Source: a virus. From it: 64,000 nt of DNA. Of the stretch, positions 43,504 to 52,139 are shown piece after piece; the stretch's first letter is position 1; the number at the start of each line of letters is the position of its first letter. A program made the position numbers and the translations under genes. The DNA lies in IMG/VR virus record IMGVR_UViG_3300046543_000082, positions 1-64,000 of that record; one strand, 5' to 3'. The notes below the pieces were generated by a model. That model saw only the letters and a list, made by a program, of their open reading frames with translations. It did not search any database and was not told where the DNA came from.

Positions 43504-44304
43504 ATGACGAAGATTGATCTTGAGTCGGTAGTTCTGAAGAGTGGCGCACATGAGTCGCCGGAAGACGGTATGTGTCTGCTCGAAGTCGTGAGCATGTTTG
43601 CCGATGAGGATTTCGGAGACTCGCCGGCGTGCGTTGATTCGATCCTCGCTCAGTTTGGGCGGTCATGGAATGACGGAATGCGCTCCGACGCTGAGCGCGC
43701 CCAATTGAAGCAATACATCGCACGGCTACCCGGCACGAACAAGGGTTCGGCGCTCTCGCAAAAGCGAGGATGGATGGCGCTTGACTGGCTTATTCGTGTG
43801 CACACGGCAGCGTGGCTCGCTTTGAATCCCGGCCTCGTGCATCACGCCGAAACGCTCAAAATGCTACCGCCGATTACCTGCTCGGCCGATCTCGTTGCGG
43901 CACAACCGAAGCTCGATGCAGCAAAGAAAGATGCGGCCGCCGCATGGGCCGCCGCAGGGGCCGCCGCACGGGACGCCGCATGGGACGCCGCATGGGCCGC
44001 CGCACGGGCCGCCGCACGGGACGCCGCATGGGCCGCCGCATGGGCCGCCGCACGGGACGCCGCAGGGGACGCCGCACGGGCCGCCGCACGGGACGCCGCA
44101 TGGGACGCCGCATGGGCCGCCGCAGGGGCCGCCGCACGGGCCGCCGCACGGGACGCCGCATGGGCCGCCGCATGGGACGCCGCAGGGGCCGCCGCACGGG
44201 ACGCCGCAGGGGACGCCGCAGGGGCGAAACTTGAACCCACCGTTATTGAATTGCAGGCGAGCGCCCACGAACTATTTTCGCGGATGATCGAAGCAACCGA
44301 ATAA
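43504..44304 (+). CDS. Phage protein with AA[WRG][AD] tetrapeptide repeat
   Basis: L..GAH......MC.LE.V.....E...D.P.CV N-terminus plus repeat. Confidence 0.85.
   Translation: MTKIDLESVVLKSGAHESPEDGMCLLEVVSMFADEDFGDSPACVDSILAQFGRSWNDGMRSDAERAQLKQYIARLPGTNKGSALSQKRGWMALDWLIRVHTAAWLALNPGLVHHAETLKMLPPITCSADLVAAQPKLDAAKKDAAAAWAAAGAAARDAAWDAAWAAARAAARDAAWAAAWAAARDAAGDAARAAARDAAWDAAWAAAGAAARAAARDAAWAAAWDAAGAAARDAAGDAAGAKLEPTVIELQASAHELFSRMIEATE
43939..44226 (+). repeat. 24 x 12-bp tandem repeat GCCGCA[T/C/G]GGG[C/A]C
   Basis: Counted from the sequence and translation. Confidence 0.95.
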
Positions 44305-44469
44305 CCAAAGCGCATCGCGCCGGACACGATAGAAGGATGGTTCGCACGATACGCGCCGATGGCTCGCTGGGCGCCCTGAAGGAACTACCTTGGTGGCGCA
44401 AACCTTCGGTTGTCGTCTAACTCACCCCACAAAGACCGCCGCTCTCACGCACCTACGAGGATTGAAGAC

Positions 44470-45378
44470 ATGACCAACGGAAATAGCGCGGAGCGGGAAC
44501 GCTTCGAAGAATGGGCTTTCGATATGGGCTACCGTAACTTCACGTATAGCGAGGAGTTCCACGGATATACGGAGGAAAGCATTCAACGCGTCTGGTTTGG
44601 CTGGAAAGGTGCGCTGTCGGTTTTCGCCGATGGCGGCAAAGAGCAGGTGACTGCGACTATGGGTGAGGTGGTGTATCAGGTTCAGACAGGCGATTGCTGG
44701 CTCGACATGACGCAGGAGCAATACGAGCAGCACTCAAAAACGCGGCCGACACGAGTCTTGTACACCGCCCCGCAAGCCGAGTGCGCACCGCGTGGGGCGG
44801 TTGGTTACGCAGAGGTGTGTGATGGAAGTGGTGGCGATTTCACTATGGCGGTATTCAATTCCTCAGACGTTCCCGAGGGTGCCGCACTATTCACCGCCCC
44901 GCAAGCCGAGTGCGCACCGCGTGAGAAACAGAACGTGATGAACATTCCGCTTGACGCTGCCGCTACGATGGCTGATTACGCCCCGCAAGCCGAGTGCGCA
45001 CCGCTGCCGAAGCAGGAACCGCTTGGCGAACCGTTTCAAACGGTGCTGGACGAGAACCGATGGAATCTCTATGCCGAGTGCACACCGCGTGAGGCGCATC
45101 CGGTGGCGTATTTGGTCGATCCGGGCGCAGGTTCCGCCGTAGATAAGTTCCAGACCAACAAGCCGGATTATTTGCAGTTGGTGGACATCAAGCGGCGCGG
45201 GGGAAGCGTTACGCCGCTATACGCAGCCCCTACGCCTGAGCGTGCGCAGGAATCGGAAGGCGTGTTGACGGACGGAGAATTAATTGCGATTAGCAACGCA
45301 TTGCAAGGAACCGGATACGCACATATCGCGGATAAATTGCGCGCCATTCTCGCCGCCAACAAGGAGCCGCAACCGTGA
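44470..45378 (+). CDS. Modular early protein with PQAECAPR repeats
   Basis: GAGG RBS; four repeat copies. Confidence 0.75.
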   Translation: MTNGNSAERERFEEWAFDMGYRNFTYSEEFHGYTEESIQRVWFGWKGALSVFADGGKEQVTATMGEVVYQVQTGDCWLDMTQEQYEQHSKTRPTRVLYTAPQAECAPRGAVGYAEVCDGSGGDFTMAVFNSSDVPEGAALFTAPQAECAPREKQNVMNIPLDAAATMADYAPQAECAPLPKQEPLGEPFQTVLDENRWNLYAECTPREAHPVAYLVDPGAGSAVDKFQTNKPDYLQLVDIKRRGGSVTPLYAAPTPERAQESEGVLTDGELIAISNALQGTGYAHIADKLRAILAANKEPQP

Positions 45379-45680
45379 CCAAAGCATTTACCGCAGTCTT
45401 TCTGAATGTCACGCCGGAAGAAGCCGGAGAAATTACGAACCACCCAAAATGGTCGGCAGGCTCATGGAGCCACGCGCTTGACGACAGAAATGCGGCGCAG
45501 ATCGACGCCGAGCGAGCGCGTGAAGAACGGAACCGCGAGCATGTCCGCCTCAATGCTGAGTGGATGGCGAAGTGCGAGGAGTTGCGGAAGTTCGTCGAAG
45601 AGATCGCCTTGGGGAATATCGACCCGGACAAGATCGCTGGTAAAGCCCGGAGTCTGGTGGCGAAGAAGGAGGGAGCGTAG
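45375..45680 (+). CDS. Hypothetical protein sharing an internal block and C-terminus with 4698-5285
   Basis: AERAREERNREHVRLNAEWMAKCEELRK identical. Confidence 0.75.
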   Translation: MTKAFTAVFLNVTPEEAGEITNHPKWSAGSWSHALDDRNAAQIDAERAREERNREHVRLNAEWMAKCEELRKFVEEIALGNIDPDKIAGKARSLVAKKEGA

Positions 45681-45866
45681 ATGAGCGAGCTTCTCACACC
45701 TGACGAAGTGGCTTCGAAATTGAAGATCGAACGCCGCTCTTTCTTGCGTACAGTAGCCAAGCAGCCGGACTTCCCGGCGCCGATTCGGATCGGTCCAAGA
45801 ATCCTACGCTGGCATGCAGAGCATGTTGCTCAGTGGATCGAGCGAAGCACGCGCCGTGCGGCCTAG
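45681..45866 (+). CDS. AlpA-like excisionase
   Basis: LLT..EVA..L......PDFPAPIRIG....RW; convergent with int. Confidence 0.85.
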   Translation: MSELLTPDEVASKLKIERRSFLRTVAKQPDFPAPIRIGPRILRWHAEHVAQWIERSTRRAA

Positions 45867-46858
45867 TCCAGTTTGGCCGCCAACTCTTCGGGCGTCGGGT
45901 TGTAGTAGATCAGCAATGATTTCAAATCCCGATGCCCGATCACGCGCGCAAGCTCCAAGACGGTCAACTTATTGGAAAGCCGAGTACAAGCCTCGTGGCG
46001 GCTGTCGTGAAAATGCAGAGTTGTGATACTTGGCATTTCCTTTGCGGCCTTCTGGCGCGCCTTTCTGAAAAGCGTACCGAGCGATTGGCCGTGGAACGTG
46101 AAAACATTCGTTTCGTGGCGACCCCGGAGTTTTGCGATTAGATCGACAGCTCGCTTTGATAGCGGAACATGGCGCTCATCATAGTTCTTCGTCTTGCTCA
46201 GGTGGACGCTTCTTGGGCTGACTTCCGGCCAATGTAGAGAGCATAGTTCACCGACGCGCATCCCTGTTTCGATTGCCAGCATGAAAGCGACAGCCATTTC
46301 CTGCTGTTTTGTCGTAACCGGTTGATCTTCCGAATAACCCAATGCCGAGCACATGATTTTTATTTCCGACTCGGAAACACGTCTGTTGCGTGGCTTCGGA
46401 TCGCGCGGACGCTTCACGTCTTCAAATGGGATCGAATCGAGCCATCGCCATTCTTTCCTCGCTATCTGGAAGACGGACATAAGCAGGTTCCATTCTCGAT
46501 TCACGCTGGCTGCTGATACCTCTTTCAATCGAGCGTCGCGCCAAATGGCAATGTCAGTCTGCGTGACCTCGCTGATTATCTTGTTCCTGAATGGAAGTTC
46601 TCGACCGAGCTTGGCGAGGCGGACACGTTCCCATCGCTCGCCTTTCTTGGTCGGCGCCACTTCCTCTGCGTACTTGACGAGCGCTTCTGAGACGAAACGC
46701 TTTGGCAAATCACCTCTGACGCCTGCTAGTATTTCCGCCTCGCGAGCAGTCGCCCATGCGACAGCCTGGGCCTTGGTCGGGAACGTGTCAGAATCCCGCA
46801 CACCGGCCTTCTCGATCTCTGCCCGCCATCCCTTGGAACGCTTCCTGTAGTACGCCAT
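45863..46858 (-). CDS. int: Tyrosine integrase (short type)
   Basis: ETGMR.GEL, TKN, HFHDSRHEA, GHRDL..L..YYN. Confidence 0.95.
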   Translation of the reverse strand: MAYYRKRSKGWRAEIEKAGVRDSDTFPTKAQAVAWATAREAEILAGVRGDLPKRFVSEALVKYAEEVAPTKKGERWERVRLAKLGRELPFRNKIISEVTQTDIAIWRDARLKEVSAASVNREWNLLMSVFQIARKEWRWLDSIPFEDVKRPRDPKPRNRRVSESEIKIMCSALGYSEDQPVTTKQQEMAVAFMLAIETGMRVGELCSLHWPEVSPRSVHLSKTKNYDERHVPLSKRAVDLIAKLRGRHETNVFTFHGQSLGTLFRKARQKAAKEMPSITTLHFHDSRHEACTRLSNKLTVLELARVIGHRDLKSLLIYYNPTPEELAAKLD

Positions 46859-46868
46859 AGCCGCTCCT

Positions 46869-47099
46869 TGGCGGGAAAATGGCGGGATTCTATCGTAAAC
46901 AGATTCGGATATTGGCCTGTAGCGGATCGATTAGGCTTTTGTGATCACGCCGCAACTCGTTGAAAACGTTATCTAAACGCTCGTATTGGCGCGAGATGTG
47001 TTTTGATGTACCATTCAATCTCAAGTCCGGTCCCCGGCACCACGACATCTATAGTTCATAAGGGATTCCGTCATGCTTGGCGGGATGGTGGCGGGATCG
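46869..47099. other. attP of unit B: tRNA-Leu-type 3' fragment core (47021-47042) with paired TGGCGGGA arm repeats on each side
   Basis: TCAAGTCCGGTCCCCGGCACCA = T-loop, acceptor strand and CCA; arm repeats near 46869-46888 and 47078-47097. Confidence 0.85.
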
Positions 47100-47110
47100 A
47101 CTCTCTAACC

Positions 47111-48388
47111 CTACGCCGTGCCCTGCCGCAAACCATTCATGAAATAGCGCTGCTTGGCGGCCGGCGCTGCGGTGCCCGCGACCATCAGATTGATCCCCGA
47201 TGAATCGATGTCGCCATGGAATCGGATATCGAAAAATGGGATCGTCGAGCCAGAAACGGCATTGAAATATGCGACGTTCGGCGTTGACGCGCTGTCGAAC
47301 AGAAACTCGCAATTTCGGAACTGTTGCATCGTCGGCGCTGTGCCTTTGGTGGCGTAAAGATACGTCCCAGCGGCGTAGACCGTTCCGGGCGTAATGACGT
47401 TGAAGTTCGAATTCTTGACCGTCGAGCCGTTGAAAAATGCGATTGCAGGCTGGCCGTTCGACGGCGGGTTGGCGCCCGGAAAGCAGATACCGGAAATGTC
47501 CAGCCGTTCGTTGGCTCCGTTCAGATAGAGCAGATATGGGAAATAATCGTTCTCTACCTTGATGCGAAGGTCAACGCAGTTGTCGATCTGGATCGCATAC
47601 CCGCAACCGGAATATGACGGCTGCCCGACTCCTACGTAGACCGTGTAAAGCTGCACGAAATCATTGTCGTTTGCATACTCCAGCCACAGGGCCGGGTTCG
47701 TCCCGTAATTCAAAAGGCAGCAACCTATGAACGTGTTGCCGTCACTCTGCACCACCGGACCGAAGGTAGCAAATGGGCTGGCAAGATTCAGAACATTGTT
47801 AGAGCATAGGACGACGCCATACTTCCCCGCCGTCGTGACGTTATTGAAGCGCGAGATGTTGACGTTATTAAGATAGATCGGGATCGATGCGCCAGCATTC
47901 TGCATGCACACAGCGACGTTTTCCATGATTATGTTCGAACCGCCAGGCGCACCGAGGCGCTGATCTGTGGAAGTACCGCCGATGATCCCGACCGACGAAG
48001 GATTGGACGAAACGCCGAGCGCGGAAATGTTGAAATTCCGCAGCGTAATGTTGTTTGAGCCGGTAATGTCGAGCAGGACGCCTCCCGTCCCTGCGAGAAG
48101 CGTGCTGCCCGACGGAGGCAGAATGTAGACCAAGCCCCAGTCAGGCGCAATCATGCCGGCGCCTTCGATGGTCAACTGATCGAGATTCGTCGCATTCAGC
48201 GGATGGCGGATCATGTAGCCCGCTGACGTTTTTGGAATACGGACGAAACCGCTGTTGATCGCAGCCTGAAACGCGGCGCTATCGTCCGTTATGCCGTCGC
48301 CCTTGGCTCCATAGTCGATTACGGTCGGCAGACGGTCGGTCGGCTTGTAACAGAAGCCCTCGAAAGGATCGATCCATCTTGCTAACAT
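47111..48388 (-). CDS. Pectate-lyase-like beta-helix protein (depolymerase-like), no virion anchor
   Basis: V.DYGAKGDG.TDDSAAFQAAIN begins at about residue 23. Confidence 0.8.
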   Translation of the reverse strand: MLARWIDPFEGFCYKPTDRLPTVIDYGAKGDGITDDSAAFQAAINSGFVRIPKTSAGYMIRHPLNATNLDQLTIEGAGMIAPDWGLVYILPPSGSTLLAGTGGVLLDITGSNNITLRNFNISALGVSSNPSSVGIIGGTSTDQRLGAPGGSNIIMENVAVCMQNAGASIPIYLNNVNISRFNNVTTAGKYGVVLCSNNVLNLASPFATFGPVVQSDGNTFIGCCLLNYGTNPALWLEYANDNDFVQLYTVYVGVGQPSYSGCGYAIQIDNCVDLRIKVENDYFPYLLYLNGANERLDISGICFPGANPPSNGQPAIAFFNGSTVKNSNFNVITPGTVYAAGTYLYATKGTAPTMQQFRNCEFLFDSASTPNVAYFNAVSGSTIPFFDIRFHGDIDSSGINLMVAGTAAPAAKQRYFMNGLRQGTA

Positions 48389-48910
48389 TTAAAAAGTTGG
48401 CGTAAAGCAGATCGGTAGACGGTTATCAGGTCCGCGCGATGTCGGAAGCTTGTCGATCAACTTCCAGTTCTCATCGAGCGCCCACCAGAGCTTGTACCCG
48501 AGTTTGAGGCCCGCGCTGGTCGTATGGCAGAAATGCTTGCCGTCGGCTGTGTGCGCCTTGAACTCCGTCAGCGTCGTGCCGTCATGCGTCAGTAGATCGA
48601 CAACCCATGTGGCCGGATCGTAGGGCAAGCCGAGCGGCCAATAACAGAAGCCGTATGCCGGGTTTCGCCATAGCCAGCGCGTACGAAGCCACCACTTCTC
48701 CCACCCGATCGGAGCGGGAGCGCCTGCTGGCTGGAAATAGCCGTCGATCCAACCCGAATCGAGCGGAGCATCGAACGTCTGAAACCAGCACAGCCAGTTC
48801 GGCAGGTAGCCGTCATCCTTGCAGAAAAGCGCGATGAGCGGTGCGAGCGGTACCGCAAGCAGGTACGTGAAAAGCACCTGAGCGATCGTAGCCAATACAT
48901 AGCGAATCAT
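48389..48910 (-). CDS. Trp-rich phage membrane protein
   Basis: LP.WL.WFQT.D..LD, WLWRNPAYGF. Confidence 0.7.
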   Translation of the reverse strand: MIRYVLATIAQVLFTYLLAVPLAPLIALFCKDDGYLPNWLCWFQTFDAPLDSGWIDGYFQPAGAPAPIGWEKWWLRTRWLWRNPAYGFCYWPLGLPYDPATWVVDLLTHDGTTLTEFKAHTADGKHFCHTTSAGLKLGYKLWWALDENWKLIDKLPTSRGPDNRLPICFTPTF

Positions 48911-48911
48911 C

Positions 48912-49520
48912 TCAGTGCCCCTTGAACAAGCTTGTTTCAGGGAGCGACGCCGGCGCGATAGGATCGGCGGCTGCCTGCGTATGAATGTTGATAGGAGCAT
49001 TCGCCGCTGCGTACCCGACATCAGCGATCATCTTCGTCTGACCAGCGCTTTCCTTGCTAGAGCCGAAATAATAGGAAATGATGGCTACCCACGCGGTTTG
49101 CAGGGTTCCCGTCATAACCAGCATCAGATTCTGCGCTGCGCCTTCCAGATGAGCGAACATCACCAATCCGAGCGTCCCGAAGAAGCCCAATGTGACGCCA
49201 ACCGCGAGGAACTGAAGCGTGTAGTCTTTTGGGTTCGCCGTTTGACGCGCTCGAGCGTTCTGGACATCTGCGAGACGATTGGCCTCTGCGGTAATCACGA
49301 GGCTCTGCATCTGCACTTTGTTCGCCATCTCCGCCTCTTTTAGCTTCTCGAGTGCGGTAGGATCGGCGGCAATAGCTGTGTTGACTGAATCGGCATCGTT
49401 GGACGTTCCGAGCACGCTCGAGATCAGTGCGCCGGCTACTCCGCCGAGCGGACCGCCGAGGGCCGTCCCGAGGAGAGGAGCAGCCTTTCCGACTACACTT
49501 GCGATATCAGACCATTGCAT
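48912..49520 (-). CDS. Holin-like membrane protein (3TM type)
   Basis: AP.LGTALGGPLG, D.QNAR.R, YYFGSS. Confidence 0.75.
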   Translation of the reverse strand: MQWSDIASVVGKAAPLLGTALGGPLGGVAGALISSVLGTSNDADSVNTAIAADPTALEKLKEAEMANKVQMQSLVITAEANRLADVQNARARQTANPKDYTLQFLAVGVTLGFFGTLGLVMFAHLEGAAQNLMLVMTGTLQTAWVAIISYYFGSSKESAGQTKMIADVGYAAANAPINIHTQAAADPIAPASLPETSLFKGH

Positions 49521-49521
49521 A

Positions 49522-49941
49522 TCAGGCTCCGTTTCTCATCATGTCGGCGAGACGCGTAGCGCGAGCGCCAACTTGCGTCGCCCATTTACTGGCGAGCATC
49601 CCGTTAGCTGCGGCCGCATAGTCGCCCCGCTGCACCGCCGCAAGCGTGTTCGCGAACGACAGCAGACCGCCCCCCATGTTGAACGCCATGTTGACCAGCA
49701 CGCGCTGACGAACCGGATCGAGTGTCGACCACCACGGCAGGTTTCGATCAAGCCATGCCGTCGTCCTACCGATGTCGTTCTCAAGCAGCGCGTTGCATTC
49801 ATCCTGCGAGATTCCGACATCGGTCAAGTTTCTGCCAACGCCGATGGTCGTCTTACCTACCGTGTCTACATACGGTTTGAGTCTCACGCCTTCGTCCCGG
49901 CATAGTTCCGAGACAAGCGTTGGCATGTCGAAATTGCTCAT
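49522..49941 (-). CDS. Endolysin, T4-lysozyme-like
   Basis: DEG.RLKPY.DT.GK.TIGVGRNL, NMAFNMG, SKWA.QVG.RA. Confidence 0.93.
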   Translation of the reverse strand: MSNFDMPTLVSELCRDEGVRLKPYVDTVGKTTIGVGRNLTDVGISQDECNALLENDIGRTTAWLDRNLPWWSTLDPVRQRVLVNMAFNMGGGLLSFANTLAAVQRGDYAAAANGMLASKWATQVGARATRLADMMRNGA

Positions 49942-50261
49942 GTGTTCACCTTGGCTCGGAAGTAGTACCAAACGGCCGTAGCAAGCCCGACAATAAGCGC
50001 CCACAGCCCTTTCTGCGCGAGATCCACGCGAAGTTCTTCATAGAACCTCGCCTTTGCCTCATGCCGCGCGATCATCGCCTCATGTGCTCTGCGATGCCCG
50101 TCCCAATCGCCGTTGGGGAATGCGTTGTGTAAGTCATCCACTCTGCGTATAACCTCGTCAACTTTGAGATCAGTTACACGCTGTTGTGTAACGTTCTCGG
50201 AGTGCCGCTGGTCCATGTCGGCTGAAAGGGCGTGAATCGCCGCGACTATGTCTTCGTGCAT
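49938..50261 (-). CDS. Lysis-cassette protein with C-terminal TM
   Basis: AFP.GD.DGHRR.HE motif. Confidence 0.7.
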   Translation of the reverse strand: MHEDIVAAIHALSADMDQRHSENVTQQRVTDLKVDEVIRRVDDLHNAFPNGDWDGHRRAHEAMIARHEAKARFYEELRVDLAQKGLWALIVGLATAVWYYFRAKVNT

Positions 50262-50273
50262 TCGAAGCCCCGT

Positions 50274-50295
50274 AAAAAAGCCGCTCTAGGCGGCT
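50274..50295. terminator. Bidirectional intrinsic terminator
   Basis: A6-GCCGC-TCTAG-GCGGC with downstream T-rich tract. Confidence 0.7.
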
Positions 50296-50310
50296 ATTGT
50301 TTTTTGTGCG

Positions 50311-51864
50311 TCACACTCGCGCGTCCGCAATCAACAAGGCGCTTGTGCTGAGTCTCAAAATTCCGGCTTGACCCGTAGTCGCGCCAGCCACCGTGCAGTT
50401 CACGAGCAGCCCTGTCGTCGACGATGAGGCAGTCACTAACGACATAGCGGAGATCGCGAAGCTTGATCCTGCTACGGCAACAAATGCCGCTGCGGTGCCG
50501 GAAACGAATGTCAAGACAGGCTGCAGCCGCATAGGTGCGGCGAGAGGAATCAGCGCCTGGAAGTTTGTCGCAGACGTGAAGACGCCCGTTCCGATCACTT
50601 CCTGAGTGAATGCGACGGGATCGGTAAGGTTCTGGACATTCCGATTCACGCGCCCCAATTCGGCATCCGCTCCCCTATATTCGAACGGCGTCGGGAGACC
50701 TGCGGCCGGAGCATTGGGCGGGCTTTCTTCAAGTTGCCATTGGGCCGTATTGACAGCGAACGTGACGTTCACAGGCAAATTAATTCTGATAGACAGATTG
50801 TCCGAAAAATCCGTACCTATAGTTTTTCCCGAAATAGAGGGGATAGCCAACGAGACAGAGAAGAATGTTGGAACCGTCGTGATATTCCAATTTACTGTGT
50901 TGGTCGTTGTTACTGAAGAACTCCCCCCGGCGCCGAAGTTTTGAGTAGTAGCCACGGTAGGAATGGTGATCGTTCCGGAGTCAGTCCATAGCCACATGCC
51001 CAGGGTTGCAGTATGGTTCTCAAGCGTGCGAACACTTGGGATATGTTGACTAATTGCGCTTCCGGTAACGCTTGCTGCGACCGTCTGAGATAACTTCATG
51101 AAAGAAGAAGCGGGCGTTGTCATCCCTACAGGCGTACCGCCCGCTGTAAATGCCGTCTTCGATACCGTGATAGAAGATGACCCGGCGCCAGAAACACAAA
51201 TCCACATATCGGCGGTGAACGGGAAAAGGCCCGAGGCGATCGTGAACGAAGTACCGGAGCGCCAGAAATCGAAATTGCCATCCGCAATATAGTTGCGATG
51301 GCTCGTGCGGCTCTGATAGTACGGAATTCCCTGCGCGAGTTGCCCCGTCTGAACGCGGAAATTCGTGCCGTCGTAATATAGTTGATACGGCGTTCCTACC
51401 GCTAGTGCGCCTGACCACAGACCAAGGCCGTTCGATTGTGTAATCGTCTTGGCGCCTACCGACGAAATGTTGATAGTCGGATTGGTCAGCGTGTTAGTCG
51501 ATGTCGGCGTGTAGGTGAACTCTTGACCAACCGTGTAGGCAGTAATCGCAGGAGCCGAGCCGGCAATGATCGCATCGCCTGTTCCGCTGATCGAACTGAG
51601 TACGGTAGAAGTGCTGTTCTGGATTTGGCTAAGATTCGCAGCGTCTGTGAGCGCCGTACCGTTGCCGAGGTTGGTGATCCGGAAGCCACCAAGCGGGATG
51701 TTCGCGATCGGAGTCTGCTGGCCGTCCTTCGTCAAACAATTCGTGAGGCCATTGTTTGCGATGTCAGAAAGCGTATTATTGGCCCAGGTCGAGCTAATGG
51801 TAGTTCCTGTAACTACAGGATTACCCGAAATTAACGAGAACACGCCGGAGCCGTTGTAGGCCAT
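50311..51864 (-). CDS. Tail fibre protein
   Basis: MAYNGSG N-terminus; RN.I..GNFD.W and PTPFE.R....EL motifs. Confidence 0.85.
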   Translation of the reverse strand: MAYNGSGVFSLISGNPVVTGTTISSTWANNTLSDIANNGLTNCLTKDGQQTPIANIPLGGFRITNLGNGTALTDAANLSQIQNSTSTVLSSISGTGDAIIAGSAPAITAYTVGQEFTYTPTSTNTLTNPTINISSVGAKTITQSNGLGLWSGALAVGTPYQLYYDGTNFRVQTGQLAQGIPYYQSRTSHRNYIADGNFDFWRSGTSFTIASGLFPFTADMWICVSGAGSSSITVSKTAFTAGGTPVGMTTPASSFMKLSQTVAASVTGSAISQHIPSVRTLENHTATLGMWLWTDSGTITIPTVATTQNFGAGGSSSVTTTNTVNWNITTVPTFFSVSLAIPSISGKTIGTDFSDNLSIRINLPVNVTFAVNTAQWQLEESPPNAPAAGLPTPFEYRGADAELGRVNRNVQNLTDPVAFTQEVIGTGVFTSATNFQALIPLAAPMRLQPVLTFVSGTAAAFVAVAGSSFAISAMSLVTASSSTTGLLVNCTVAGATTGQAGILRLSTSALLIADARV

Positions 51865-51917
51865 CTTGTCACCTAAAATGAAAAAGGCCGCGCTTGGCGG
51901 CCCTTAAAGGGAGAAAT

Positions 51918-52139
51918 ATGAACAACAGTCAGTTCTGGCAGATCGCGATTTCGTCTGCCGTTGTCGGTGCCATACCGGCTATCAAATCAGTGGTTAGCGA
52001 GTGCCGCGCCAAGCGCCGCCGCGAAGGGAGACGCCCCTTTCTGTACGAATTGGCCTACCGGTTGGGCAAACGCTGGTCGAGCCATAAGAGCCGCCTGCGT
52101 AGCTCGTTGCCCGATGCCGGTATAGGGAAGCGCGGATAG
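51918..52139 (+). CDS. Antisense TM peptide with Arg-rich tail
   Basis: GGGAG RBS; syntenic with 11403-11531. Confidence 0.55.
   Translation: MNNSQFWQIAISSAVVGAIPAIKSVVSECRAKRRREGRRPFLYELAYRLGKRWSSHKSRLRSSLPDAGIGKRG

Noticed and set aside
43939-44226. CRISPR array or overlapping genes in other frames
   Set aside because: No spacers or cas genes; the other open frames follow from a stop-free 12-mer
44337-44420. 27-aa ORF MVRTIRADGSLG...
   Set aside because: No counterpart in unit A and weak start context; probably a gene remnant
7244-47020. Single intact prophage between two att sites
   Set aside because: The two cores are unrelated and no host DNA or full tRNA flanks them
47021-47042. tRNA-Leu gene
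   Set aside because: Only the 3' 22 nt are present; no D or anticodon arm upstream
50311-51864. Diversity-generating retroelement as in BPP-1
   Set aside because: No reverse transcriptase or TR/VR pair seen in this window
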